A stretch of DNA of 64,000 nucleotides from a bacterium (GCA_963605025.1 CAVCSZ010000004.1:5847-69846); one strand, 5' to 3'; positions 38,334 through 48,941 are shown, counted from the first letter of the stretch. Program-made: numbers and translations. The notes: a model not told the origin generated them from the letters alone.

Positions 38334-39332
38334 TTAAAAATTAGTAGAATCGTTTTTAATATATTTAGAATCAAATTTATAAATTTTATCTTTTAATTGA
38401 CCTTTAATTAAATCAATTAACATATGCATACTTCTTTTACCAACTTCAAACATATCAATATAAAAATTTGATATTGAAGGCTTAATAATATGAGAATATT
38501 TAGTACCAATAACTGAAACAACTTCAATATCTTGAGGTACATTTAATCCAGAATCACTTGCAGCATTTAAAACTGCTGCAGCAATAGAATCACGATAAGC
38601 AATAATTAATTCTTTTTTACCATATTTAAATCTTTCTTTAAAATCATCATATGTTCTAGAATAACTATCATCACAATTGATAATATTATATTCACGATCA
38701 TTTTCTAAATGAGTTTGAATAAAAACATTTTCTACCATGGATAATAATTTACCTGAATTATGAACATGTAAGAATGTCATTTTTTTATTTCCTTTTGTAA
38801 AATAATCTAATAATATTCTTTTAAATAAAGTTTCATATTCTAAAGATATAGATCCAATTTTATCTCCTATTAATTTATTATTAATCGTAATAACAGGAAC
38901 ACTATAAGAATTAAAACCCATTAAATCATTAGAATTTAATTCATCATCAAAAACAATAACACCATCAACATGTGAAGTAATAACTTTTTCAACACAATTT
39001 AAAGCATCATGTCTAGAATGACTAGTAGTATATAAAGAAACACTAAATCCGTTAACTTTACAAACTTCTGTAACACCTGCTAAAAAGTTTGATAAATAAA
39101 CATAATTTGCACTAGGAATAATAACTCCAATATTAGTAGTTTTATTGGTTGCTAAAGCTTGAGCTAATCCACTAGGTTTATAACCTAATTTTTTAATAAC
39201 TTCTAAAACTTTATTTTTAGTTTCTTCTTTAACTGAATCTGCATTATTAATAACACGTGAAACAGTTGCTAAAGAAACTCCACTTGCTTTAGCGACTTCA
39301 TAGATTGTAACTCGTTCTTTGAATTCATCCAT
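38334..39332 (-). CDS. LacI-family transcriptional regulator, CcpA-like
   Basis: N-terminal HTH VTIYEVAKASGVSLATVSRVINN...VLEVIKKLGYKPSGLAQALA, then a periplasmic-binding-protein-like sugar-binding fold (IGVIIP..., VDGVIVF). Overall layout resembles CcpA, but I cannot show orthology by eye. Confidence 0.8.
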   Translation of the reverse strand: MDEFKERVTIYEVAKASGVSLATVSRVINNADSVKEETKNKVLEVIKKLGYKPSGLAQALATNKTTNIGVIIPSANYVYLSNFLAGVTEVCKVNGFSVSLYTTSHSRHDALNCVEKVITSHVDGVIVFDDELNSNDLMGFNSYSVPVITINNKLIGDKIGSISLEYETLFKRILLDYFTKGNKKMTFLHVHNSGKLLSMVENVFIQTHLENDREYNIINCDDSYSRTYDDFKERFKYGKKELIIAYRDSIAAAVLNAASDSGLNVPQDIEVVSVIGTKYSHIIKPSISNFYIDMFEVGKRSMHMLIDLIKGQLKDKIYKFDSKYIKNDSTNF

Positions 39333-39373
39333 ATCTTCTCCTAATGAAAATTTATGTAAATTTTTTCATTAAT

Positions 39374-39401
39374 ATTATAAAATATTTTTCATTATATTCA
39401 A
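39374..39401 (-). promoter_or_regulatory. putative promoter of the LacI/CcpA-like gene
   Basis: Minus strand reads TTGAAT-16 nt-TATAAT (-35 at 39396-39401, -10 at 39374-39379). Confidence 0.45.
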
Positions 39402-39431
39402 AATATATTTAACAATATTATAAATAAAGCA

Positions 39432-39459
39432 CAAAAAAAGCTTATTTTTCAATAAGCTA
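39432..39459 (-). terminator. rho-independent terminator after the ytpR-like gene
   Basis: AGCTTATT-TTTC-AATAAGCT hairpin followed by TTTTTTT on the minus strand. Confidence 0.7.
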
Positions 39460-39464
39460 TTTCA

Positions 39465-40070
39465 TTAATTTAAAAAGAAATCATCTCCAATATTATAAGT
39501 ATTATCAAGTTCTAATAATCCATGAATATTATCAAAACCTTCAAGATGTAATTCTCTTCCACTACAAAGCATTCCATAACTATCTATTTTTAATAATTTT
39601 CCAGGAACAATTTGTTTACCATCAGGCATAAAAGTATATGGAGTAGCACAAACACATTTTAATCCTTTTTTAGCATTAAAAGCTCCACATACAATTTGAA
39701 GTTCTTCATTTCCTGTATTTACTTTACAAATATGTAAATGATCACTTTCAGGATGTTCTTCAATATCGATAATTTCGCTTACCTTAAATCCACTTTCTTT
39801 TTTATTTTCTAAAAGAGGAAAACCAACATTTTCTAATTTAAAATTAATTATTTTTAAAACATGTTCTTCTAAAACTGGAATATATCCATTAGCTTTTATT
39901 TTAACAATATCAGAAATATTGAAAATATTAATACCTACTAATTCATCATCATGATATAATCCAACGCAATCATCTTTTTTAATAATTTTATTTGGATAAA
40001 CATTTGGTAAAAATTCAATAATTAAAATATCACCAATTGTTTTATAGTTATAATAAACACCATAATTCAT
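39465..40070 (-). CDS. ytpR: YtpR-like tRNA-binding domain protein
   Basis: 201 aa. The C-terminal half has the OB-fold tRNA-binding signature shared with PheT/CsaA (EEHPESDHLHICKVNTGNEELQIVCGAFN...VPGKLLKIDSYGMLCS). Confidence 0.72.
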   Translation of the reverse strand: MNYGVYYNYKTIGDILIIEFLPNVYPNKIIKKDDCVGLYHDDELVGINIFNISDIVKIKANGYIPVLEEHVLKIINFKLENVGFPLLENKKESGFKVSEIIDIEEHPESDHLHICKVNTGNEELQIVCGAFNAKKGLKCVCATPYTFMPDGKQIVPGKLLKIDSYGMLCSGRELHLEGFDNIHGLLELDNTYNIGDDFFLN

Positions 40071-40073
40071 ATT

Positions 40074-40733
40074 TTATTCTCCTTCTTTTATTAATTCAGT
40101 TTTAACATCATTTCCATTATTTAAAATCATCTTTTTAATTTTAATATTTTCTAATAAATATTTTGATTCAAATTCTGTTAAAGCATCAAATTCATGTTCT
40201 TCTTTGTAATTAATAGAATCAAATTCTAATTCATAACCATATTTTAAGAAATTTTCTTTGGAATATTCATATAAACCATCATTATCAGTTTTCATATATA
40301 TTTTATGATTTTTCTTTAAAATTTTCCCATAATTAATTAAAAATAAATCAGATGTTAATCTTCTTTTAGCGTGTCTTTTTTTAGGCCAAGGATCACTAAA
40401 ATTTAAAAATATTCCTTCAAAAGATTCATTAGGTAAAATATCTACTAATTTATAAAAATCATCTGCAATCATTTTAACATTAGTTAAATTTTGATCATCA
40501 ATATTTTTTAAACCTATACCTGCAACAGTTTGATTAATTTCTACTACTAAATAATTATATTCAGGAAATTTTTTTGCTAAATCAATAATAAATTTTCCTT
40601 TACCAGGACCTATTTCTAAAAATGTAGGTTTTAATTTTAAATATTCAATAATTTTATCTTTTTCTTCAATATCAAATATATTTTGTGATTCATTTAAATA
40701 ATCTACAGCCCATTTTTTAAATTTTGTTCTCAT
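40074..40733 (-). CDS. trmB: tRNA (guanine46-N7)-methyltransferase
   Basis: 219 aa. LEIGPGKGKF SAM loop and the NFSDPWPKKRHAKRRL block diagnostic of TrmB. Confidence 0.9.
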   Translation of the reverse strand: MRTKFKKWAVDYLNESQNIFDIEEKDKIIEYLKLKPTFLEIGPGKGKFIIDLAKKFPEYNYLVVEINQTVAGIGLKNIDDQNLTNVKMIADDFYKLVDILPNESFEGIFLNFSDPWPKKRHAKRRLTSDLFLINYGKILKKNHKIYMKTDNDGLYEYSKENFLKYGYELEFDSINYKEEHEFDALTEFESKYLLENIKIKKMILNNGNDVKTELIKEGE

Positions 40734-42091
40734 TAATCTAAATTCCCTAAACTATAAATTGCATGTGCATATAATGACATAGAATTATAAAAATCTTCTA
40801 AATCAATCTTTTCATTTTCTTCATGAATATGATCTATTTTACCAGGAAAACAACTACCGAATGCTACTGTATTTTTAGCTTCTTTAGCGTATGTTCCTCC
40901 ACCAATTGTCATTGGTTTATTAACTAAATCACCTGTTTCTTCAATATAAATATTTGCTAATTCTTTAATAAAAGGTGTTTCAGGATCAAAATAAAGACAT
41001 TTACTTACTTTTTCTTTATCATAAATTATTGGAAATGGAGAAGATTCTTGAATTCTTGAAATTACTTCTTCTACATCAACATTTTCAGGATATCTAAAAT
41101 TAACACCCATTTTGAAATATCCATTTTCATAATCAATTAAACCAATGTTATATGTTGTAGAATGTAAATTCTTAGTTTCATAAAAAACTTTCATATTTTT
41201 TCCATGAACTTCATCATATTCCATAGCTAATAAAGAAAATTCATTTATCTTATATGCTTCTCCTAAAACCTTAAGCATAATAGTACCTGCATTAATTCCA
41301 ATTTCAGGAGTAGATCCATGAGCACTTTTTCCAATAAAAATAAATGTATTTTTATCTTTTCTTTCATATTTAATATCTTTATGATTATTTAAATAATCTT
41401 CTAAAATATCAGAATTTTTAACCTTTACTTCTGCTTTATCAATGACAGTATTTAAAACAATACCAGCTTTAATATATTCAATATCTTCAAAATCTTTATG
41501 ACCTTCATAAAAATAATTAGCAATTCCTTTTTCACCATAAATTAAAGGAAAATTACCATCAGGAGTAAATCCATAGGTAGGATCTTCTTTTTTTAAATCT
41601 TTAAAATAATATTCTAAACAACTACTTCCTCTTTCTTCATCTCCTCCAAAAACTAATCTAACTCTAAAATTTTTAATTAAATCAGCATCTTTTAAAGCTT
41701 TTAAAGCATAATAAGAAGCAATACCAGGACCTTTATCATCACTAGTACCTCTAGCGTATAACTTATTATCTTTTATAACTGGAATAAAAGGATCACTATC
41801 CCAAGCTTGTCCTTTAACAGGAACAACATCTTGATGTGCTAAAATATAAATAATTTTATCACCTTCACCATATTCAATTTCTAAACAATGACCATCACAT
41901 TCATCTACTTTAAAACCATCTTTTAAAGCTAATTCTTTTATAAATGAAAAACAATCAGCTACACCTTTTCCATAAGGATGTTCTTTAGTAATTGTAGTTT
42001 CATCATAAATACTATTAATAGAACAATCTTTAATTAATGTATTTAAAGCTTCTTCATAATATTTTTTAACTAAATTTTTAAAATCAATCAT
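40733..42091 (-). CDS. pepV: M20-family dipeptidase (PepV/Sapep-like)
   Basis: 452 aa. HQDVVP, ARGTSDDKGP and GGDEERG metal-ligand motifs. Lid domain and C-terminal GGGTYA block as in PepV. Confidence 0.83.
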   Translation of the reverse strand: MIDFKNLVKKYYEEALNTLIKDCSINSIYDETTITKEHPYGKGVADCFSFIKELALKDGFKVDECDGHCLEIEYGEGDKIIYILAHQDVVPVKGQAWDSDPFIPVIKDNKLYARGTSDDKGPGIASYYALKALKDADLIKNFRVRLVFGGDEERGSSCLEYYFKDLKKEDPTYGFTPDGNFPLIYGEKGIANYFYEGHKDFEDIEYIKAGIVLNTVIDKAEVKVKNSDILEDYLNNHKDIKYERKDKNTFIFIGKSAHGSTPEIGINAGTIMLKVLGEAYKINEFSLLAMEYDEVHGKNMKVFYETKNLHSTTYNIGLIDYENGYFKMGVNFRYPENVDVEEVISRIQESSPFPIIYDKEKVSKCLYFDPETPFIKELANIYIEETGDLVNKPMTIGGGTYAKEAKNTVAFGSCFPGKIDHIHEENEKIDLEDFYNSMSLYAHAIYSLGNLD

Positions 42092-42164
42092 ATATAAACC
42101 TCAATTATTTATTATATCAAAATGATAAATAATTAACTACTTTTATGAAATAAAAAAATACCTC

Positions 42165-42866
42165 TTATAAAGAAGTATTTTTATCATTAATTTCATTATT
42201 ATCGTTATTTTTATTTTTAATAACGTATGAATTATCTTTTTCTTTAATAAACTTGATTGTTCTTAACGCAAAGAAAGCACTTGGTACAATTATAAAACTT
42301 GCAGCAGCTTCTCCTAAAGCTCCAAAAAAAGTAGCACTTCCTAAAGCAATTATAAATCCAGTTTGATTTATATTATTACAAAATTCTTCTAAACCTAATG
42401 CTTTAGAAATTTTAAAAATATCTAAAATTCCAAATACATATACAGAACCTAATGTTAAAAAAGTATGTAATAAAGTTAAAACAGCTACTAAAAATGGTAA
42501 TAAAATTCCAAAACCCTTTAAAGTCATTTTTCTTTTTAATAAATCAATTAATAATCCTGAAATTAATCCAAATAATACTCTAGGTAAAATTGAAATAAAT
42601 GGATTTATAAATAATAAATTAAATTGACTAGCATTTCCAATAGATGCTAATAATGAAGAAATTCCAAAGAAAAATCCATATAAAGTAGCTTTTTTCCATC
42701 CAAATAATGATGCTCCAATTAAAACAATTAAATGTACTGTAGTAATTGCAAGTGTTCCAGGAATTATTTGAATATATCCAATTTGAGGAACAAATGTAAA
42801 TAATAAAATTAACGCTAATATTAAAGCATCTACTACTAAACTTCTAATAATTTCTATTTTTTTCAT
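42165..42866 (-). CDS. ECF-transporter S (substrate-capture) component-like membrane protein
   Basis: 233 aa with about 6 TM helices. The N-terminal pattern (IRSLVVDALILALILLFTFVP.IGYI...) is typical of ECF S components. It lies 3 nt downstream of coaX, hinting at pantothenate specificity (inference only). Confidence 0.55.
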   Translation of the reverse strand: MKKIEIIRSLVVDALILALILLFTFVPQIGYIQIIPGTLAITTVHLIVLIGASLFGWKKATLYGFFFGISSLLASIGNASQFNLLFINPFISILPRVLFGLISGLLIDLLKRKMTLKGFGILLPFLVAVLTLLHTFLTLGSVYVFGILDIFKISKALGLEEFCNNINQTGFIIALGSATFFGALGEAAASFIIVPSAFFALRTIKFIKEKDNSYVIKNKNNDNNEINDKNTSL

Positions 42867-42869
42867 ATA

Positions 42870-43628
42870 TTAATCCTTATTTAAATAATAAATTTCGCTT
42901 AATCCTATGATAGAAAGATGTTCTTCATAATAAAAACCATCTAAAATATTTTTAATGATTTTAGAATAACCACCAGTTAATATTTTTGTAACTTTATAAC
43001 CTAATTCTTGTTCAATTCTTCTAGTCATTTCATCAACCATATATGCTTGTCCATATATTAATCCTGATTGAATAGAATCTCTAGAATTCTTTCCTACAAT
43101 GTGACTAGGAGTTTGAAATTCAACTTCAAATAATTGAGCAGTTTTATCACTTAAAGCAACCATACTAGTTCCAATACCTGCAGTTATTGTACATCCAATA
43201 AAATTACCTTTTTGATCAATAATTGAAATTTTTGTAGTTGTTCCATAATCTGCTATCGCAAATGGTGGTTTATATCCCTTTTTAAATGCTCCAACAGCAG
43301 TACAAATAAAATCACTTCCTAATTCACTAGGATTATCTATTTTTATAGCTATCTTACTTTTTAATGTTTTATTTAAAATTTTAGCATTAACTCCGTAAAT
43401 TTTATTAACTGCCATTTTTAAAATGTTAGTTAATTTAGGTACAACAGAGGATATAATAGCACCTTCAATTTGAGGATGGTTATTAAAAAAAGCTTTAAAT
43501 CTTAAAGCGTACTCATCACTTGTTAAATCTAAATTAGTTTTTACCATTAAAAAATCAACAATATTAAAATTGTCATCAACAAAACCAATCTTAATACAAG
43601 TGTTCCCACACTCAATACAAAGAATCAT
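42870..43628 (-). CDS. coaX: type III pantothenate kinase
   Basis: LCIECGNTCIKIG (the DxGNT-type phosphate-1 motif, here ECGNT), ADYGTTTK and later ASKHA-fold motifs. I prefer ATG at 43628 (MILCIE..., RBS GGAGG 7 nt upstream) over the track start at 43655. Confidence 0.85.
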   Translation of the reverse strand: MILCIECGNTCIKIGFVDDNFNIVDFLMVKTNLDLTSDEYALRFKAFFNNHPQIEGAIISSVVPKLTNILKMAVNKIYGVNAKILNKTLKSKIAIKIDNPSELGSDFICTAVGAFKKGYKPPFAIADYGTTTKISIIDQKGNFIGCTITAGIGTSMVALSDKTAQLFEVEFQTPSHIVGKNSRDSIQSGLIYGQAYMVDEMTRRIEQELGYKVTKILTGGYSKIIKNILDGFYYEEHLSIIGLSEIYYLNKD

Positions 43629-43713
43629 AATAACCTCCGCTAATCTTACAATCATAAAAATGTATCGTAGACTAAACTTTTAATATTAAACATCAATTCA
43701 TTTTAATTTACAA

Positions 43714-43738
43714 GAAAAAAGACACCATAAGGTGTCTA
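43714..43738 (-). terminator. rho-independent terminator after leuS
   Basis: AGACACC-ATAA-GGTGTCT hairpin followed by TTTTTT on the minus strand. Confidence 0.75.
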
Positions 43739-43743
43739 ATTCT

Positions 43744-46140
43744 TTAAATTGCAACTATGTTAATGATTTTCCCTTTAACGTAAATAATTTTTTTAATTTC
43801 TTTTCCATTAGTAAAGTTTTTAACTTTTTCACTAGATAATGCTTTTTCTTTAACTGAAGCTTCTTCTTCATCAATTCCAATAACAATTGTATCTCTTATT
43901 TTTCCATTTACTTGAACTGCTATTTGAATTTCATTTTTAATTAATTTAGATTCATCAAATGTAGGCCATTTAGCGTATGTAATTAAATCTTCATGTCCTA
44001 ATAAGTGATAGATTTCTTCACCAATAAATGGACAAATACAATCAAACATTTTAATAAAATCTTCCATGTATGGTTTGTAAATAGAATTTGCTTTATAAAC
44101 TTCATTAATAAATATCATCATTTGAGATATTGCAGTATTAAATTGTAAATTTTCAAAGTCATTTGTTACTTTTTTAACAGTTTGATTAAAAATAACATCT
44201 AATTCTTTAGAATTTACATCACTAAATTTACTTGTATAAATTTCATCTGTAAATAATCTATAAACTCTTTCAATAAATTTATGTGCACCTTCACATCCTC
44301 CAGGTGCCCAAGGTAAACTAGCTTCAAGAGGTCCCATAAACATTTCGTATAATCTTAATGTATCAGCACCATACTTTTCACAAATTTCATCAGGGTTGAT
44401 AACATTTCCTCTAGATTTAGACATTTTTTCTCCGTTAGGACCTAAAATCATACCTTGATGGAATAATTTTTTAAATGGTTCTTTTGAAGATACAACACCT
44501 TTATCATATAAGAATTTATGCCAGAATCTTGCATATAATAAATGTAAGACAGCGTGTTCTTGTCCACCAATATATAAATCAACAGGTAACCAGTGATCTA
44601 ATAATTTTTTATCTCCAATTTCTTTATCATTGTTTGGATCAATATAACGGATATAATACCAGCAACTTCCTGCCCATTGAGGCATTGTATTAGTTTCTCT
44701 TAATCCATGTTCTCCATTAACTTCAACATTTAACCAATCTTTTGCGTGAACAAGTGGAGATTCTCCAGTACCTGAAGGTTTATATTCATTAAGTTCAGGT
44801 AAAACAAGAGGTAAATTTTCTTCTACAATTTGTTTACCATTATCTAAATTAATAATAGGAATTGGTTCTCCCCAATATCTTTGACGAGAGAATAACCAGT
44901 CTCTTAATTTGTAATTAATTTTATAATTTCCTGAACCAATTTCAATTAATTTTTCACTAATTTTTTCTTTTGCATCTTTTATATTTAATCCGTTTGCAAA
45001 ATCACTATTAATATGTTTTCCATCATCTTCATAAGCACTTGAAGAAATATCACCTTCTACAACTTGAATCATTTCTAAATTATGTTTTTTAGCAAAAACA
45101 TAATCTCTAGAATCATGTGCAGGAACTGCCATAACTGCACCACTTCCATAGCTACCTAAAACATAATCTGCAATATAAACAGGAATTTCTTTATTATTAA
45201 TAGGATTAATTGCGTATACACCTAAAAATACTCCAGTTTTTTCTTTATTTGTTCCAGTTCTATCTAAATCAGATTTACTTTCGCATTCTTTGATATATTT
45301 TTCAACATCATTTCTTTGCTTTTCAGTTACTAATTCTTTAACTAAAGGATGTTCAGGTGCTAAGCAACAATAAGTGCATCCAAATAATGTATCTGCTCTA
45401 GTTGTAAAAACAGTAAATGTTTTATCACTATTTTTAATTTTAAAATAAATTTCTGTACCTTTAGATTTTCCTATCCAATTTCTTTGCATTTCAATAGTAG
45501 ATGTAGGCCAATCTACTAAAGATAAATCATCACTTAATCTATCAGCGTATGCGGTTATTTTTAAATTCCATTGACGTAATGGTTTTCTTATAACTGGAAA
45601 GCCACCTCTTTCACTTTTTCCATCAATAACTTCTTCGTTTGCTAAAACTGTTCCAAGTTCTGGACAAAAATTAACAGGTTTATAATCTACATATGCTAAA
45701 TTATCTTCAAACATTTTAGAAAATATCCATTGTGTCCATTTATAATATTTTGGATCACAAGTCATAATTTCACGATCATAATCATAAGAAAAACCTAACA
45801 TTTGAATTTGTTCTCTAAAATGATCAATATTTTTCTTTGTAAATTCTAAAGGATGTTTATTCATTTGCATAGCAAATTGTTCTGCAGGTAATCCAAATGA
45901 ATCCCATCCAATTGGATGTAAAACATTGAATCCTTGCATTCTTTTCATTCTTGAAACAATATCTGTTGCAGTATATCCTTCAGGATGTCCAACATGTAAT
46001 CCTTGTCCACTTGGAAAAGGAAACATATCTAATGCGTAATATTTAGGTTTAGAAAAATCACTTGTATCACAACGATATTCTTTTCTTTCTAACCAAACTT
46101 TTTTCCACTTTTTTTCAATTTCAATATGGTTATAGCTCAT
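43744..46140 (-). CDS. leuS: leucine--tRNA ligase
   Basis: 798 aa. HVGHPEGY (HIGH), CP1 editing domain, KMSKSRGN (KMSKS). Collinear with bacterial LeuRS throughout. Confidence 0.97.
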   Translation of the reverse strand: MSYNHIEIEKKWKKVWLERKEYRCDTSDFSKPKYYALDMFPFPSGQGLHVGHPEGYTATDIVSRMKRMQGFNVLHPIGWDSFGLPAEQFAMQMNKHPLEFTKKNIDHFREQIQMLGFSYDYDREIMTCDPKYYKWTQWIFSKMFEDNLAYVDYKPVNFCPELGTVLANEEVIDGKSERGGFPVIRKPLRQWNLKITAYADRLSDDLSLVDWPTSTIEMQRNWIGKSKGTEIYFKIKNSDKTFTVFTTRADTLFGCTYCCLAPEHPLVKELVTEKQRNDVEKYIKECESKSDLDRTGTNKEKTGVFLGVYAINPINNKEIPVYIADYVLGSYGSGAVMAVPAHDSRDYVFAKKHNLEMIQVVEGDISSSAYEDDGKHINSDFANGLNIKDAKEKISEKLIEIGSGNYKINYKLRDWLFSRQRYWGEPIPIINLDNGKQIVEENLPLVLPELNEYKPSGTGESPLVHAKDWLNVEVNGEHGLRETNTMPQWAGSCWYYIRYIDPNNDKEIGDKKLLDHWLPVDLYIGGQEHAVLHLLYARFWHKFLYDKGVVSSKEPFKKLFHQGMILGPNGEKMSKSRGNVINPDEICEKYGADTLRLYEMFMGPLEASLPWAPGGCEGAHKFIERVYRLFTDEIYTSKFSDVNSKELDVIFNQTVKKVTNDFENLQFNTAISQMMIFINEVYKANSIYKPYMEDFIKMFDCICPFIGEEIYHLLGHEDLITYAKWPTFDESKLIKNEIQIAVQVNGKIRDTIVIGIDEEEASVKEKALSSEKVKNFTNGKEIKKIIYVKGKIINIVAI

Positions 46141-46340
46141 TTTTTAACTCCTTTTAATTAAAAAGACGCCCTTAATTTAAGGACGTCTTATACGTGGTAC
46201 CACCTTAATTTTTCTTATTTTTAAATAAGAACTCTTAATTTGTTTTTAAATTAATATAATACTTGAGACTTTAAGAATCTAATATTAACTTTCACCATCC
46301 GTTAATTCTCTAAAAATAAATTCATAAATTATTGTATTAT
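46141..46340 (-). promoter_or_regulatory. T-box riboswitch leader of leuS
   Basis: The minus-strand leader contains an AGAGA box, a distal hairpin TTAAC-GGATGGTGAAA-GTTAA, and the T-box sequence AAATTAAGGTGGTACCACG (plus-strand CGTGGTACCACCTT at 46193-46206). A terminator AAGACGTCCTT-AAATT-AAGGGCGTCTTTTT (46160-46189) precedes the RBS AAGGAG. Leu codons CUU-A and CUC-A lie on the descending side of stem I as specifier candidates. Confidence 0.85.
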
Positions 46341-46374
46341 TAATATTTAATAATTTTTAATGTTAATAATCAAG

Positions 46375-47814
46375 TTATTTTATAATTGATTTATATAAAT
46401 TTAAATATTCATTAGCACTTTCATTCCATGAATGATCGGTTTCTAATGCATTTTTAACTAATTTATTAAATAAAGGTTTATTTTGATAAACATTTAATGC
46501 TTGAGCGCTTGTTTTCAAGGCATCACAAATATTATATCCATCAAAACCAAATCCATTTGCGGTATCTTGATTATTTATTTCATAATCAAAACAAATAACA
46601 CTATCTTTTAATCCACCTGTTCTTCTAACAATTGGTAAAGAACCATATCTTTGAGCAATCATTTGACCAAGTCCACATGGTTCAAAAGCACTAGGCATAA
46701 TGAAAAAGTCACTTGCTGCATATAAAGTATGTGCAATATTGTCATTGTAACCAATATAAACATAATTATGTGAAGGGAATTCAGCATATTGTTTATTAAA
46801 TGCTTCTTCTGCCCAATAATCACCACTTCCTAAAACTGCAAAGTTAGCTTGATTATGTGTAACAAAATCACTCATTGCTAATATTAAATCAATACCTTTT
46901 TGACTTGTTAATCTTGAAACAACTGCAAATAAAGGTAAATCAGGATTTAAACCATTATTTTTACAAAATTCTTCTTTATTTTTTACTTTATTTATTTCAA
47001 AATTTGAAGAATCATAATTTTGTACAATTGTTTTATCTTCTTTAGGATTAAATTCATCTTGATCCATTCCATTTAAGATACCAGAAAAATCTTCTTGTCT
47101 TAAAATTAAATCATACCATAATCCTTTACTACCTTCTGGAGTAGTTAATTCATAAGCATGAGTAGGTGAAACAGTTGTGATTTTATCAGCAAATTTAATT
47201 CCTGCTTTTAAAGTAGAAACCATATTTTCTAATCTAACACTTCCATTATCATAATAATCAGTACTGATTTCAAATAAATCATATAAAGATTCTCTACCTA
47301 AATAACCTTTAAATAAAGGATTATGAATAGTAATAACAGATTTAATTTTTGATAAAATCTTATCATTATTAAATTTTACTTTTAATAAACAAGGTATCAT
47401 TCCACCTTGCCAATCATGACAATGTATTACATCAACATTGTAAGGTAATTTTTTAACTAATTCTAAAGCAGCATTATCAAAATAAGCGAATCTTTCACCA
47501 TCATCTTGATAACCATATAATCCATTGTTTCTAGCAAAATATTGATCATTTTTAATAAAATAATATTCGATTCCATCATGGAATAAATGATATACTTCAC
47601 TATAACAATTTCTCCAATTCATTTTTACTGAAAAAGTAAATATTTTTTTTAAATTTGGATATTTATCATGTTTAAAATTTGAATAAAGTGGAGTGATTAC
47701 TGAAACAATATGACCTTTTTTAGCGTATTCTTTACTTAAAGAATAAGCAACATCACCTAATCCACCAGTTTTAGAGAATGGTAAACATTCACTAGTTACC
47801 ATTACGATATTCAT
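46375..47814 (-). CDS. glgA: glycogen synthase (ADP-glucose type, GT5)
   Basis: 479 aa. N-terminal SECLPFSKTGGLGDV (K-T-G-G-L motif) and C-terminal PSAFEPCGLGQM...RRTGGLKDSV. Confidence 0.93.
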   Translation of the reverse strand: MNIVMVTSECLPFSKTGGLGDVAYSLSKEYAKKGHIVSVITPLYSNFKHDKYPNLKKIFTFSVKMNWRNCYSEVYHLFHDGIEYYFIKNDQYFARNNGLYGYQDDGERFAYFDNAALELVKKLPYNVDVIHCHDWQGGMIPCLLKVKFNNDKILSKIKSVITIHNPLFKGYLGRESLYDLFEISTDYYDNGSVRLENMVSTLKAGIKFADKITTVSPTHAYELTTPEGSKGLWYDLILRQEDFSGILNGMDQDEFNPKEDKTIVQNYDSSNFEINKVKNKEEFCKNNGLNPDLPLFAVVSRLTSQKGIDLILAMSDFVTHNQANFAVLGSGDYWAEEAFNKQYAEFPSHNYVYIGYNDNIAHTLYAASDFFIMPSAFEPCGLGQMIAQRYGSLPIVRRTGGLKDSVICFDYEINNQDTANGFGFDGYNICDALKTSAQALNVYQNKPLFNKLVKNALETDHSWNESANEYLNLYKSIIK

Positions 47815-47817
47815 ATA

Positions 47818-48939
47818 TTAAATTTTCTCCCCTTGAGGAATATAAAGAGGTTCATCTTTTGTTCCAAATACTTCATCTTTACTTTGGAAAACACATAATT
47901 TATCTGCAATAACATTCTTTAAATGAACACCTTTTTTAATTTTACAATCTGAGAAAATAATTGAATCTTCTACAATTGCTCCTTCTTCTACAATAACATT
48001 ACGTGAAAGTAAAGATCCACTTACTTTGCCTTCAATATTACAACCATTAGCAATTATAGAATCTTTAACTTCACTATTTTCACCATAAATTGCAGGACAT
48101 GTATCATGAGTTCTAGTAAAGAATTTCCAATCATTACTAAATAAAGGATTTTTATCTTCATATAACATTTCTTTATTTTCTAAAGAATAATCATAATAAG
48201 ATTTTAAGCTTCTAAAATATTTAAAATATCCATCAAATTTAATAGCGTTAATGCCATCTACAAAATGTAAATGTTTAAATAATAATTCTTCAATTGTAAC
48301 TACACTTGATACATTATTAGATTTATTTAAAGCATCTACAAAGAAATCTTTATCAATAATAAATGTTTTTAATCCAATTGAACATTCATCATCAACATTT
48401 GTAACAGGTTCTAATTTTTGAACTCTTCCTAAATTATCTACAACAATTTTATTTAAACCAATATAATCATTTCCAGCATCTTTTACATCAGCATAAACCA
48501 TACTTAAAGCTTTTCCACTTTCAATATGTTTATTAATGAGTTCTTCATAATTAATTTTTGCAACAAATCCAACAGGAATAATTAAAATATATTTACAATT
48601 TGAATCATATAAGAAATAATCATTTTCTTTAATGTTATTTAAATCAGTATTATAAATTGGATTATGAATACCTTTTTCATTAATCATAAAATTTAAAAAA
48701 CCAGTTTTTGAATTTTTTAAATAAGTGTTTTCATTACCAATATGTTTAATAACACTTCTTGAATAATTTTTAATTAAAATACCAACATCATCGATTCCAC
48801 TATTAGTTAAATTAGATAAAGCAAAATCAATAAAAGCGTATCTACCTAAAACTGCAGTAGATGCTAATGGTCTTTTTTCAGTAATTAAACCAAGTTCTGG
48901 TGAATTATGAAGATTAATTAAAGCAACGACATTTTTCAT
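47818..48939 (-). CDS. glgD: glucose-1-phosphate adenylyltransferase, GlgD (regulatory) subunit
   Basis: 373 aa. GlgC-like fold but with a degenerate N-terminal G-rich loop (ALINLHNSPELGLITEKRPLASTAVLGRYAFIDFALSN). Sits between glgC and glgA as in Firmicutes glgCDA operons. Confidence 0.82.
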   Translation of the reverse strand: MKNVVALINLHNSPELGLITEKRPLASTAVLGRYAFIDFALSNLTNSGIDDVGILIKNYSRSVIKHIGNENTYLKNSKTGFLNFMINEKGIHNPIYNTDLNNIKENDYFLYDSNCKYILIIPVGFVAKINYEELINKHIESGKALSMVYADVKDAGNDYIGLNKIVVDNLGRVQKLEPVTNVDDECSIGLKTFIIDKDFFVDALNKSNNVSSVVTIEELLFKHLHFVDGINAIKFDGYFKYFRSLKSYYDYSLENKEMLYEDKNPLFSNDWKFFTRTHDTCPAIYGENSEVKDSIIANGCNIEGKVSGSLLSRNVIVEEGAIVEDSIIFSDCKIKKGVHLKNVIADKLCVFQSKDEVFGTKDEPLYIPQGEKI

Positions 48940-48941
48940 AA

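Noticed and set aside
44475-44693. 72-aa plus-strand ORF
   Set aside because: Antisense shadow ORF inside leuS, which is conserved along its full length.
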